NCBI GenBank assembly: GCA_035063585.1
Contig: JAPSGB010000013.1
Location: forward strand, 40,334-104,333
Source of the DNA: Polyangiaceae bacterium
Lineage (GTDB): Bacteria > Myxococcota_A > Polyangia > Polyangiales > Polyangiaceae
Direction: 5' to 3'
DNA length: 64,000 nt
Shown piece by piece: positions 1 to 9,707 of the stretch; the stretch's first letter is position 1; every line of letters starts with the position of its first letter. The notes below the pieces were generated by a model. The model saw nothing but the letters and a program-made list of their open reading frames with translations. It did not search any database and was not told the origin of the DNA. The position numbers and the translations under genes were made by a program.

Positions 1-405
1 CAGCGCGGCGCGTTCGTGTTTCGACGGCACCACGGCGCGCTGATCGCGGAAGACCTCTGGTCGAACGCCGAATTTCTCATCCTGCCGCGCGACGACGTAG
101 CGCGCGAGGTGGCCCTCGACGCGAACGCGAGCGGCGATCGCCCCCTCTGCCAGGCCCGCCTCTTACCCGGACCGGACGCCTGCGTGGTGCTGCCCGGCGC
201 GGTGTTCCACCCTGCCGACGCGCGCGCCGCCATCGAGCGGACGCTCGCCGTCGCGCGCGAGCGCCGGCTGTCGACCGATGCGGTGATGGACGGCCTGCTC
301 AAGATGGAGCACACTTGGCGCTCGCTCACCCGAGTGAAGATCGCGTACGCCTATCGGCCCGAGGCGCTGCCGGGCTCGGGCGCGCCGCCGAACGGGGCTC
401 GGTGA
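1..405 (+). CDS. hypothetical protein, 5'-truncated by window edge
   Basis: Frame open from base 1 (QRGAFVFRRHHG...) to TGA at 403-405 with GC3-biased codons; no recognisable motif. Confidence 0.6.
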   Translation, partial: QRGAFVFRRHHGALIAEDLWSNAEFLILPRDDVAREVALDANASGDRPLCQARLLPGPDACVVLPGAVFHPADARAAIERTLAVARERRLSTDAVMDGLLKMEHTWRSLTRVKIAYAYRPEALPGSGAPPNGAR

Positions 406-469
406 GGGGGATCCTCTCGACGCGGGGCGCGGATGACGCGCGAAGACTTCGAGCTTATGCTCCCGTCCG

Positions 470-874
470 ATGAGCCGAACTCGGGACATGGAGAGGCTTC
501 GGGCGGCGCTCGGCGGTCGAAGCGGCGTTCGGCTCGCCGTGCTCTTCGGCTCGCTCGCCCGCGGGACGGCGCGCGACGCGTCGGACATCGACGTCGCCGT
601 CGACGGTGACGGGCTCGATCTCGGCGCGCTCGCCCGCGACATTTCGCTCGCCGTCGGACGCGAGGCCGACGTCGTCGCGCTGCGCGAGGTCGGGCACACG
701 CTCCTCCAAGCGATCGTGCGCGACGGCGTGGTCGTTCACGAAGCGGTACGAGGCGCGGGCGCCTCGTGGCGCTCGGCGGCGATGGCGCAGCTCGAGACGG
801 ACGAGCCCGCGTTCGAGCGGATGCGCGAGGCGTGGTTGCGCCGCGTCGCGCGCCAGGGGATCCTCGATGGTTGA
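470..874 (+). CDS. minimal nucleotidyltransferase (MntA-like antitoxin)
   Basis: GS-X10-DXD motif (FGSLARGTARDASDIDVAV); 134 aa; overlaps the downstream HEPN gene. Confidence 0.9.
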   Translation: MSRTRDMERLRAALGGRSGVRLAVLFGSLARGTARDASDIDVAVDGDGLDLGALARDISLAVGREADVVALREVGHTLLQAIVRDGVVVHEAVRGAGASWRSAAMAQLETDEPAFERMREAWLRRVARQGILDG

Positions 875-1301
875 CGCCGCCATCATCGAGGCAAGACTCG
901 TCGAGCTGTCGAAGCGGGTCGCGCGCGCGAGGAAACACTGCCCCCCGAGCGCGGAAGCGCTGACGACGAACCACGACGCGCTCGACCTCGTCGCGTTCAA
1001 TCTCATGCTCGCGGTGCAGACCTGCGCAGACATCTCGAGCCACCTCATCGCCGATGAGGGGTGGGCGCCGCCGCAGACGATCGCGGGGGGCTTCGTGGTG
1101 CTCCGCGATCGAGGAGTGCTGTCGGACGTCACGGCGGCAGCGCTTGGCCGCGCGGTGGGTCTGCGCAACGTCGTGGCTCACGGCTACGCGGGCATCGATC
1201 CGGCGCGCGTGCACGCCGCCGCCACGACCGGACTCGACGATCTCGACGCCTTCGCCCGCGAGATCGCAGGTTGGCTCACCGCGCGCCCTAGCTCAACGTG
1301 A
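867..1301 (+). CDS. HEPN/DUF86 ribonuclease toxin (HepT-like)
   Basis: RX4HXY motif (RNVVAHGY); ATG at 867 overlaps the MNT gene end; canonical MNT-HEPN order. Confidence 0.9.
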   Translation: MVDAAIIEARLVELSKRVARARKHCPPSAEALTTNHDALDLVAFNLMLAVQTCADISSHLIADEGWAPPQTIAGGFVVLRDRGVLSDVTAAALGRAVGLRNVVAHGYAGIDPARVHAAATTGLDDLDAFAREIAGWLTARPSST

Positions 1302-1314
1302 GCCCGCGCTCGGC

Positions 1315-1986
1315 TCAGGCGATCGCGATGAAGCCGGCGAGCGACTGCGCCCGCCAGAAGAGCTCGACCGTCTGAAACCCGGCGCGACCGAGCGCGGCGC
1401 CGAGCGCGCTCGCGCGGAGCGGGAAGTAGTTGGCGCCCTCGCCGCCAAGGAGCCCGGCGATCGCCTCCTCGGGGCGGCCGCGCTCGCGCTGGAAGTCCGC
1501 CCAGCGGCGGCGCTGGAGGGCTTGCCCCGAGTCCGTCTCGGCGCGCACGATCTCGACCGTGACGAGCGCGCCCCCGGGGCGAAGGAGCGCGCGGCAGCGC
1601 TCGAGCGCCGACGCGTGTGCGGCCTCGCTCGGATAGAAGTGATGGCAGAGCACCGCCGTGATCACGTCGAGCGGCTCGAGCTCGGGCAGCGCGTGTGACG
1701 GCGCGCGGATGAAGCGGTCATCGGGGAGCGCGGGGTGTCGCGCGCGGGCGAAGGCGAGCATCGGCTCGGCCGGATCGGCGAGGTAATAGGCCGCCTCGGG
1801 CGCCCGCTCGCGCGCGAGCTCGACGAGGCGCCCCGGACCGCAGCCGGTGTCGAGCCAGCGCCGGGGCGCGCCCGCCGCAGCGACGGCTGCGCTGACCGCC
1901 TCGCTCAGGACCGTCGCGTGATGAGGCGCGACCAGAGGGGCTTCGTGTTCGTAGCGGAGCGCGGGGTGCGCGGGAGGGTTCGTCAT
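1315..1986 (-). CDS. class I SAM-dependent methyltransferase
   Basis: Motif I WLDTGCGPG, acidic end of beta2 (LADPA), 'LLRPGGALV' motif. Confidence 0.85.
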   Translation of the reverse strand: MTNPPAHPALRYEHEAPLVAPHHATVLSEAVSAAVAAAGAPRRWLDTGCGPGRLVELARERAPEAAYYLADPAEPMLAFARARHPALPDDRFIRAPSHALPELEPLDVITAVLCHHFYPSEAAHASALERCRALLRPGGALVTVEIVRAETDSGQALQRRRWADFQRERGRPEEAIAGLLGGEGANYFPLRASALGAALGRAGFQTVELFWRAQSLAGFIAIA

Positions 1987-2077
1987 GGCGCTTCCGCCGG
2001 AGGATAGCACCGAGACCTCACGGGAGGAGCGAGGCGAGGCGCGCGGTTCCGCGCCGGACCGACACCAATGATCGAAG

Positions 2078-2887
2078 TCATTCGCTCGGGAGCTCGGTCG
2101 GCGCGACCGATGATTTCCCGAGACCTGGCGGCAGCGCGCGCGAGCGCGCGCTCACGTGCAGGCGCGCGCCCATGAGCGGGCGCATCGCGCGGAGGAGGTT
2201 CGCGTGGACGTGCGGGTGCGACTCGGCCTCGCGGGCGAGGAGCTCCTTCATGTGCGCGCGCTCGGTGGGCGCACGAAAGCAGGCTGGGCACGAGTCCATC
2301 ACCACCGGGAGCCCGGCCTCGGCCGCGAACGCTCGCGTCTCGGCTTCGCGCACGTAGATGAACGGACGAATGATCCGAAGGTCACCCGCCTTGTTCTGGT
2401 AGTGCGCGCGCATCGTGTCGAGCCGGCCGCTGTGGAAGGCGGACATGAGGAACGTCTCGGCGAGGTCGTCGAGGTGATGGCCGAGCGCGAGCACGCCGTA
2501 GCCCTCGCGGCGGCAGGTCGTGTACATGATGCCGCGCTTCATTCGCGAGCAATACGCGCAGAAGGAGTCGCCATCGAGGCGCGTCTTGGCATCTTCGAGG
2601 ATGGGTTCGCGCGCGTAGTGCCACCGGACACCGAGCTCGTCGTAGTGAGCCTCGAGCCGCGACGGATCGAAGCCGTCGACCTCGGGATCGATGGTGAGCG
2701 CGGCGAGCTCGAACTTCACCGGCGCGTAAGATTTCAGGTGGAGGAGCACGTGGAGCAGGCTGAGCGAATCCTTCCCGCCCGAGACGCCGACCAGCACCCG
2801 ATCGCCGTCGCGGAGCATGTCGTAGTCGACGATGGCACGCGCGGCGGCGCGCACGAGAACGCGGGGAGGCTTCGCGAGGCGCGACAT
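2078..2887 (-). CDS. ttcA: tRNA 2-thiocytidine(32) synthetase
   Basis: PP-loop SGGKDS, CAYCSRMKRG, LGHHLDD, IIRP and CPAC motifs. Confidence 0.9.
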   Translation of the reverse strand: MSRLAKPPRVLVRAAARAIVDYDMLRDGDRVLVGVSGGKDSLSLLHVLLHLKSYAPVKFELAALTIDPEVDGFDPSRLEAHYDELGVRWHYAREPILEDAKTRLDGDSFCAYCSRMKRGIMYTTCRREGYGVLALGHHLDDLAETFLMSAFHSGRLDTMRAHYQNKAGDLRIIRPFIYVREAETRAFAAEAGLPVVMDSCPACFRAPTERAHMKELLAREAESHPHVHANLLRAMRPLMGARLHVSARSRALPPGLGKSSVAPTELPSE

Positions 2888-3110
2888 GGCAAGGCTCTCT
2901 AGCGCGCGGGCGGCGGGCGGTCGACGGGCGGAAGGCGAGGGGGCGGATGCGCGGCGCGCCGCCACGGTGGCGGGGCATGATAGGGAGCTCATATGCGCCG
3001 CGTGGTCGTGTCGCTCGCGCTCGGCGTCATCGGTACGGATGACGGCGCACGGCGGCACGCGGCTCTACCAGCCTCGACGACCGCGCGACGACCGCGTACC
3101 TTCGACCCCG

Positions 3111-4139
3111 ATGAGCGATGAGCCGAGAGACTCGGCGGCTCGTTCCGAGCCGCGCGCCGACGATGCCAGCGCCTCGCCGCTCGTGCTCCGCGGCGAGGCG
3201 CGCCTCGGAGCGCCGCGCGCACTCCGGCTCGCCGCGGTCGACCGCGCAGACGACGTACCGAGCCATGTCCGCGCGGCGAGCGCGCTGCGGCGCTGGGGCG
3301 ACCAGCTCGTCATCGTCCAAGACGACGTGAGCGCGCTCGCGCTCGTAGACGAAGACACCGGAGAGGTCTCGTCGCTCTTGCTCCCACCGAGCACGGCCGG
3401 GCAGCGTAGCTTCAGCGACGCGCGCGGCAACAAGGATGAGAAGCTGGATCTCGAGGCCTGCGCGGTGCTGCCGGACGGACGCCTGCTCGTGTTCGGATCC
3501 GGGTCGACGGCAGCGCGCGAGCGAGTAGTGCTGGTTGACTCGAAGCGCCGCGTCCGGGTGGTCGACGCCGCGCCGCTCTACCGCGCGCTCCGCACGCACC
3601 CAGCCCTGGGCGACGCCGAGCTGAACCTCGAGGGCGCCGTCGTCTGCGGCGCCCGGCTCCGGCTATTTCAACGTGGAAATGGTCTCCGGCTGACCGGTGC
3701 TCTGCCGACGAGCGTCATCTTCGACGTGGAGCTCGAGGCGCTCCTACGGCTCCTCGACGCCGCGAGCGCGACGATGCCGGAGATCGTGGCGGCGCACCCG
3801 GTCGAGCTCGGCAGCGCGAACGGCGTCCGCTTCGGCTTCACCGACGCGACCCTGCTGCCGGACGGCCGCGTGCTCTTCCTGGCCGCCGCCGAGGACTCGC
3901 CCGACGCCTACCGCGACGGCCCGGTGAGCGGGGCGCGGGTGGGGCTCCTCGACGGCGAGCGCGTGGTCGTCGCCGATGTGCTCGAGGAGGACGGCACCCG
4001 AACCGCGCGGAAGCTCGAGGGCGTCGAGGTCGCCGGCGCGCAGGGCGGCGAGGCGCTCGAGCTCTGGGTCGTGAGCGATCCCGACGACGCGGAGATCCCC
4101 GCCGCGCTCCTACCGCTCAGCTGGTCGCCCGCGCCGTGA
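3111..4139 (+). CDS. conserved hypothetical, probable beta-propeller (DUF6910/DUF6929-like)
   Basis: Repeated KLDLEA / LNLEGA / KLEGV motifs, GSGS and FQRGN; -10-like TACCTT 8 nt before ATG 3111. Confidence 0.6.
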   Translation: MSDEPRDSAARSEPRADDASASPLVLRGEARLGAPRALRLAAVDRADDVPSHVRAASALRRWGDQLVIVQDDVSALALVDEDTGEVSSLLLPPSTAGQRSFSDARGNKDEKLDLEACAVLPDGRLLVFGSGSTAARERVVLVDSKRRVRVVDAAPLYRALRTHPALGDAELNLEGAVVCGARLRLFQRGNGLRLTGALPTSVIFDVELEALLRLLDAASATMPEIVAAHPVELGSANGVRFGFTDATLLPDGRVLFLAAAEDSPDAYRDGPVSGARVGLLDGERVVVADVLEEDGTRTARKLEGVEVAGAQGGEALELWVVSDPDDAEIPAALLPLSWSPAP

Positions 4140-4218
4140 GCCAGGCCGGCGCGTGGCCCTCGAGGTCCTGCGGGTCGCCCCGGTCGCCGCCCACTCGCGC
4201 GCGCGGGGCAGTCACGCC

Positions 4219-4980
4219 TCAATACCCGAACTCTCGCGCGAGCCAGGCTCCCGCGGCGAGCACCGCGCCGAACACGAGGATCACTCGCGCGCCTCTGAAC
4301 GTCTCCCCGAGCGTGAGCGCGAGCTCCGCCCCCGGGAGGTTCGACACGATGAGCTCCTCCGCGCTCCCCTCGCCCGGTCGCAGGACCACCAAGCGCTCCG
4401 GGCCGTCCGGCGGTAACGCTCGACCGCACGCGTAGACCTCGTCGCCCGGCGCGACGATGGCCTCGCTCAGTCGATAGGATCGCTGTTTTCCATTTGGAAG
4501 CGTCACGGTGAGCCCGCGCGCCTCGAGGTAGGCGGCGCCCGTCTCGTCGAGCGTGGTCGTGAAGATTCCAGCCTTGCGCTCGCAGAGCCCGGTCTTCTCC
4601 TTGGCGACGACGTTCGCATCGGCCAGCAGCAACAAGGCGCGCGCTCCGGAGCCATCGTCGAGGAGGAGTGATTCACCGCGCGCCTCGCTGAGCGCTTCGC
4701 GATAGTGCCCAGATTTCCCCGAGGAGACCCACTCGGAGGCCATCACCCGGTAGTAGAGCGCGGGTCGGCCGGTGAGCGGCGCCGTGAGGGGCTCGTTGAA
4801 CGACGACGCCCGCCCGCGCACGGCGATGGCCGCGGGCGTCGTCACGCTCGCGAGCCGGCTCACCGGCACGGACTCCACCCGCTTCGCGCGCCGCCGGCCG
4901 CGGACACCTCGAGCGAGCACGGCGAGGGCGTAGAGCATCGTGATGCACCCGAAGACGAACAGCGGACCCGAGAGCAACAT
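4219..4980 (-). CDS. membrane protein with GIDE-like domain
   Basis: N- and C-terminal TM helices flanking 'PLTAPLTGRPALYY...LLLDDGSG...EAIVAPGDEVYACG'. Confidence 0.6.
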   Translation of the reverse strand: MLLSGPLFVFGCITMLYALAVLARGVRGRRRAKRVESVPVSRLASVTTPAAIAVRGRASSFNEPLTAPLTGRPALYYRVMASEWVSSGKSGHYREALSEARGESLLLDDGSGARALLLLADANVVAKEKTGLCERKAGIFTTTLDETGAAYLEARGLTVTLPNGKQRSYRLSEAIVAPGDEVYACGRALPPDGPERLVVLRPGEGSAEELIVSNLPGAELALTLGETFRGARVILVFGAVLAAGAWLAREFGY

Positions 4981-5081
4981 GCGAGCGCCATTCTAACCTC
5001 TGGAGCGCAGCTGCGCCGAGTCGAGCCCCGGGGTGCCGGTGCGGCGCGAGGGCCCGCGGGGTGGTAGCGTCCGGCGTCGAG

Positions 5082-6413
5082 ATGCTGCGCGAGTACAACT
5101 TCGACGGCCTGGTCGGGCCGACGCACAACTACGCAGGGCTCAGCCCAGGGAACCTGGCGAGCGCAAACCACGCGGGCGAGCAGGCCAATCCGCGCGCGGC
5201 GGCGCTCCAGGGGCTCGCCAAGTTGCGGTTCGTCGCGGCGCTCGGCGTGCCGCAGGCGGTGCTCCCGCCGCAGCCGCGCCCGGACGTCGGCGCGCTCCGC
5301 CGGCTCGGTTTTTCGGGAGATGATGCCGCGGTGCTCACGCGCGCGGCGGAGGGCGATGGGCAGCTCCTTCGGCTCGCGAGCAGCGCGTCGGCGATGTGGA
5401 CGGCGAACGCGGCGACCGTCGCGCCCTCGGCCGACACGCTCGACGGGCGCACTCATCTCTTGCCGGCGAACTTGGTCACCATGTTCCATCGGAGCCTCGA
5501 GCCGCCCACCACCACGCGCGTGCTCCGCGCGATCTTCGACGATGCGAGTCGCTTCGAGGTACACGAGCCGCTCCCGGCGACCGAGCACTTCGCCGACGAG
5601 GGCGCGGCAAACCACACGCGGCTCGCGACGGGCGCCGGCGCCGCGCACCTCTTCGCCTGGGGGCGGCGCGCGTGGGGCGAGGCACCGCGCCCGGCGCGCT
5701 TCCCGGCACGACAGACGCTCGAGGCGAGCCGCGCGGCGGCGCGCGCGCTGCGCCTGCCGAGCGAGCTCGCGCTCACTTGGCAGCAGACGCCCGCGGGCAT
5801 CGACGGCGGCGCTTTCCACACGGACGTCCTCGCGGTCGGTACGGAGGGCTTTCTCATGCTGCACGAGCGCGCGTTCGTCGAGCACGAACGGCTGCTCGCG
5901 GAGCTCGGCGCGCGGCTCGGCGACGAGTTTCGCTTCGTGGTCGCCAGCGAGGCGGAGCTCTCGGTCGCCGACGCGGTCGCCGCGTACCCGTTCAACTCGC
6001 AGCTGGTCCGGCTCCCGACCGGGCGGCTCGCCATCGTCGCGCCGCGCGAGAGCGAAGCGTGCCCTGCGGCGCGACGCTTCCTCGAGCGCGTGGTGAGCGA
6101 AGCAAACCCGGTCGACGCGGTGCATTACATCGACGTGAACGCCTCGATGAAGAACGGCGGCGGGCCGGCCTGCCTGCGGCTCCGCGTCGCGCTCGGCGAC
6201 GACGACGCGCACGCGCTCGGAGCGCGCGTCCTCTTCGACGACGCGCTCGGCGGCGAGCTCGAGGCGTGGGTCGGCCGGCGCTATCGCGACCGGCTCACGG
6301 CGGACGATCTCCGCGATCCGGCCCTCCTCGACGAGACGCGCGGCGCGCTCGACGAGCTCACCCAGATCCTTCGGCTCGGCTCCGTCTATGAGTTTCAGCG
6401 CGCCGCTCAATAG
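5082..6413 (+). CDS. astB: N-succinylarginine dihydrolase
   Basis: EYNFDGLVGPTHNYAGLSPGN, SASAMWTANAATV, DEGAANH, NGGGPACLRLRV motifs. Confidence 0.95.
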   Translation: MLREYNFDGLVGPTHNYAGLSPGNLASANHAGEQANPRAAALQGLAKLRFVAALGVPQAVLPPQPRPDVGALRRLGFSGDDAAVLTRAAEGDGQLLRLASSASAMWTANAATVAPSADTLDGRTHLLPANLVTMFHRSLEPPTTTRVLRAIFDDASRFEVHEPLPATEHFADEGAANHTRLATGAGAAHLFAWGRRAWGEAPRPARFPARQTLEASRAAARALRLPSELALTWQQTPAGIDGGAFHTDVLAVGTEGFLMLHERAFVEHERLLAELGARLGDEFRFVVASEAELSVADAVAAYPFNSQLVRLPTGRLAIVAPRESEACPAARRFLERVVSEANPVDAVHYIDVNASMKNGGGPACLRLRVALGDDDAHALGARVLFDDALGGELEAWVGRRYRDRLTADDLRDPALLDETRGALDELTQILRLGSVYEFQRAAQ

Positions 6414-7678
6414 ATGAAGCGGCGGATGTCGTAGAGCGCGATGGGGCATTTCACCCCGCGAGCGCGGAGCTCGGCACGCACCCGAGCAGCCTGCTCGGCG
6501 AGCTCGTTCGGGGTGAGCGCATCGAGCCCGTCTTCCGCCATGCGGGCCTCGTAGCGCGAGCCCTCGTGCACGTGCAGCGGCGACAAGTACACGCGATCCC
6601 GCGGGCCGAGCCGCATCCGCTCGATGGCGCGCACGGTCGCCTCCGTGTGCTCGCCGGCGAGCCGGCGCCCCCCCGCGCCGATAAGCACGATGATCCCGCG
6701 CCGGAGCTCGGCCTCCCCGACCGCGTGAATGAGCTCGACGGCGGCGTCGACCTCGACCGGCTTACCGAGCCCGGTGAGCACCGCCGCGCTCCCGCTCTCG
6801 AGGCCGAGCGAGACGCCCTCGAGGCCGAGCGCGACGAGCTCGCGGAGCTCTGCCACCGTCTTCGGCTTGGTGAAGGAATCGATGAAGGCCCCGATCGGCC
6901 ACTCTCGGGAGCTCCCGAACTCCGCGCGCACGATGCCGAGCGCCTCGAGGAGCTTCCGCTGCTCGACGACCAGCGCGTTGGCTTGCCCGAGGAACACCCC
7001 GCGGCGAAGCTGGAGCGTGCTCCCGAAGAGCTCGCGCACCTCGCGCACGTGCCGCGCGAGCTCCTCGGGCGATCGCAGGCGAAAGCGGACGTCCTTGTAC
7101 AGGTGACAGAAGGCGCACCTATTGTACGAGCAGCCCTCGGTGAACTGCACGACCACGGCGCGATTCTGATCGGGCGGCAAGATCGGGATCGGCCGATAGA
7201 CGCGCTCGAAGCGGGCGCGCTCGCGAGCGTAGCGCTCGAGATCCCAGGCGGCCGCGCGTGCGAGCGGCTCGGCGATCGCGTCGGGGACGCCAAGCGCGCT
7301 CGCCGCGGCCTCGGCGGCGCGACGCACGAGCGCCGTGACGCGAGTGAGCACCGGCCGGATCTCGCCGGCGGCGAGGAGCTCGATCTCGAGCCACTTGGCG
7401 CGCTCGGTGTCGCGCCCGATCCGCACTTTTCGCACGCGGCCATCGAGACCGCGCTGATACGAGTCGCCGTCGAGCCACGCGCGGTGCAGACGGCCCTCGA
7501 GGTCGAGGCTCACGCGATCGCCGCCGGCGAACACCGCGAGCGACTCGGCGCGCCGGCCGAGCGCGAGCCCCGCGCCCAGCTCGAGCACGGTGTGGTAGGC
7601 GCGGCCGATCTCGTCGTCGGAGGCACTCTCGAGCGCCGCCGTCGGGGGCGCGCCGCGCGGCGCGGAGCGAGTCGTCAC
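6407..7678 (-). CDS. radical SAM protein with uncharacterised N-terminal domain
   Basis: CxxxCxxC (GCSYNRCAFC), LGLESG; likely GTG start 7678 after GAGGAG; no C-terminal SPASM cysteines. Confidence 0.85.
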   Translation of the reverse strand: MTTRSAPRGAPPTAALESASDDEIGRAYHTVLELGAGLALGRRAESLAVFAGGDRVSLDLEGRLHRAWLDGDSYQRGLDGRVRKVRIGRDTERAKWLEIELLAAGEIRPVLTRVTALVRRAAEAAASALGVPDAIAEPLARAAAWDLERYARERARFERVYRPIPILPPDQNRAVVVQFTEGCSYNRCAFCHLYKDVRFRLRSPEELARHVREVRELFGSTLQLRRGVFLGQANALVVEQRKLLEALGIVRAEFGSSREWPIGAFIDSFTKPKTVAELRELVALGLEGVSLGLESGSAAVLTGLGKPVEVDAAVELIHAVGEAELRRGIIVLIGAGGRRLAGEHTEATVRAIERMRLGPRDRVYLSPLHVHEGSRYEARMAEDGLDALTPNELAEQAARVRAELRARGVKCPIALYDIRRFIY

Positions 7679-7691
7679 GTCTCCTCGAGCC

Positions 7692-9608
7692 TTACACCTC
7701 GAGCGCGCCGCTGCACAGCCCGAGGAACACGGCGCGCGCCGCGAGCTCGGCGTCCGCCGCGCTGGCTCCGGGCTCGCCGTCCGCGAGCTCGTCGAGCGAG
7801 CGCCCGTCCGCGCGAGCGAGCGCCGCGGCGAGCTCCGCGGTCGGCTGGAGCGACTCCACGATGTGAGCGGCGCCCGCAGAGCGCCGGAGCCGCGCCCACC
7901 GCCACGGCGCGAGGAGCTCGGCGCGCCGCTCGGGGGAGTGCGCTTCGAGCACGATCTGCCGGAGGAGGGGCAGCGCACCGTAGGCCGCCGTGGCGGGCGC
8001 TTCACGCGAGCTCACGCCGTCGATGAACGCGAGCTCTCCGGAGCGCCACTGACACAGGTGGGCGAGCCGGGTCCGGCGCTGTGCGGCGAGCGCCGCGAGG
8101 AGCGCGCTCGGGCGGAGCGCGCCGTCGGCGACCAGCGCCTCACCGAGGCGACGCCCGCCGCGCCCGGTTCGCTCGATCGCGCGCTCCATCACGCCGCGCT
8201 CGACGAGCCCGCTCGTCACGAGCGAGATACCGAGGAGCTCCGTCGGCTCCGACGAGACGGTGTACTCGAGCCCGCCGTCCACGAAGTAGAGCCGCTTCCG
8301 GTCGTGCCCGTTCGAGGCGAGGAGCACGCCCGTGCGGCGCCGGCGCGCGAGCGCGAAGAGCACCCACGGCAGGTTCAAGCCCTCGACGCGCCAGCGCTCG
8401 CTCGCCGCGCCGGTGACCTCGTCGAGCGCGCGATACGCGGGACTCGCGGTGAAGCGCGCGAGCTCACCGAGCTCCGCGAGCGCGACGAAGGGGCCGTCGT
8501 CCTTGGCTACCTCGGCGTCGAGTGGCACGCGGCCGGTGGCGAAGCGGCCGAGCAGCTCGGCGAGCCGATACGGTCCGTCCATCCTGCCGCCCGGGCGCCG
8601 CAGCCGAAAAGCCGGCCCCACCGCCGCGAGCGCGCGCGCGGGCGGTGCGACGGAGATACCGCTCTCGACCTTGGCGATCCCGAGGTCGCGCAGCCACTCC
8701 GCGAGCGCGACTGCGCCCACGCCCGCCGGGTGGCGCTCGATGCAACGACCGAGCGCGACTCCGAACTCCCACGCGCTCTCGAAGCGGTCGGCCGGGCGAC
8801 GCGCGAGCGCCTGGGCGAGCACGGCGTGCACGTCGGGCGGGATGTGCGCGCCGTGGGTGCGGAGCACGCCGAGATCGGCGGCGTGGAGCCGCTCGAGCAC
8901 CTCGAGCTCGCTTCGGCCGGAGAAGAGCGCTCTGCCGAGGAGCAGCTCCGCCAAGGTCACGCCGAGCGAGAAGAGGTCGCTGCGCGGATCGACCGGGGCG
9001 CCGACCGCCTGCTCGGGTGAGACGTAGCCGAGCTTCCCCTTGAGCTCTCCCGGCTCGGTCCGCGCAGCGAGCGCGTCGCCGCGGATGATGCCGAAATCCC
9101 CGAGCTTCACCTCACCCGCCTTGCCGATGAGCACGTTGCCGGGCGTGACGTCGCGGTGCACTAGCCCGAGCGGTCGCCCCGCGTCGTCGCGCGCGTGGTG
9201 AACGTGGTCGAGCGCGCGGAGCACCTGCTGCCCGACCGTTAGCACGACGCCGAGCTCGACCGTGCGGCGACGGCGCGCGACGGCCGACAGGAGCTCGGCG
9301 AGGGTCGGCCCCTCGACGAGCTCCATGACGAGGAAGGGCTCGCCCTCGTGCTCGCCGAAATCCAGGACCTGGACCAGGTTCGGGTGATAGAGCCCCGCGT
9401 GGACGCGCGCCTCGTCGCAGAACATCGCGACCGCGCGAGGCTCGGCGAGAAGCTGCGGCAGCATGCGCTTCAGCGCGACGCGGCGGGCAAAACCGTGCGG
9501 GCCGCCGCGCCGCGCCTCGTAGACCTCGGCCATCCCGCCGGTGGCGAGCAGGCGTAGGAGCTCGTAGGGTCCGAGCTGCGCCCGCGGCGTGGTGCGCTCG
9601 AAAAACAT
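7692..9608 (-). CDS. Ser/Thr protein kinase with C-terminal GYF-like and DUF4388-like domains
   Basis: GGMAEV, VALK, HRDVTPGN, DFG, YVSPE; C-terminal 'RRRTGVL...KRLYFVDG...LLG..LV..G' pattern. Confidence 0.9.
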   Translation of the reverse strand: MFFERTTPRAQLGPYELLRLLATGGMAEVYEARRGGPHGFARRVALKRMLPQLLAEPRAVAMFCDEARVHAGLYHPNLVQVLDFGEHEGEPFLVMELVEGPTLAELLSAVARRRRTVELGVVLTVGQQVLRALDHVHHARDDAGRPLGLVHRDVTPGNVLIGKAGEVKLGDFGIIRGDALAARTEPGELKGKLGYVSPEQAVGAPVDPRSDLFSLGVTLAELLLGRALFSGRSELEVLERLHAADLGVLRTHGAHIPPDVHAVLAQALARRPADRFESAWEFGVALGRCIERHPAGVGAVALAEWLRDLGIAKVESGISVAPPARALAAVGPAFRLRRPGGRMDGPYRLAELLGRFATGRVPLDAEVAKDDGPFVALAELGELARFTASPAYRALDEVTGAASERWRVEGLNLPWVLFALARRRRTGVLLASNGHDRKRLYFVDGGLEYTVSSEPTELLGISLVTSGLVERGVMERAIERTGRGGRRLGEALVADGALRPSALLAALAAQRRTRLAHLCQWRSGELAFIDGVSSREAPATAAYGALPLLRQIVLEAHSPERRAELLAPWRWARLRRSAGAAHIVESLQPTAELAAALARADGRSLDELADGEPGASAADAELAARAVFLGLCSGALEV

Positions 9609-9707
9609 ATCGCCTTCGAGATTCTACCTCGAAACCCGCCGCGCACGGAAGCCCGAGCGGCGCGCCGCGAGCGCGCGGGGACGGGCCACGTAGTCCGAAG
9701 TGCGAGG

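Noticed and set aside
6407..7678. Calling the radical SAM protein HxsB/HxsC
   Set aside because: No SPASM/Twitch Cys cluster, not adjacent to the peptide, and the motif context differs from peptide maturases
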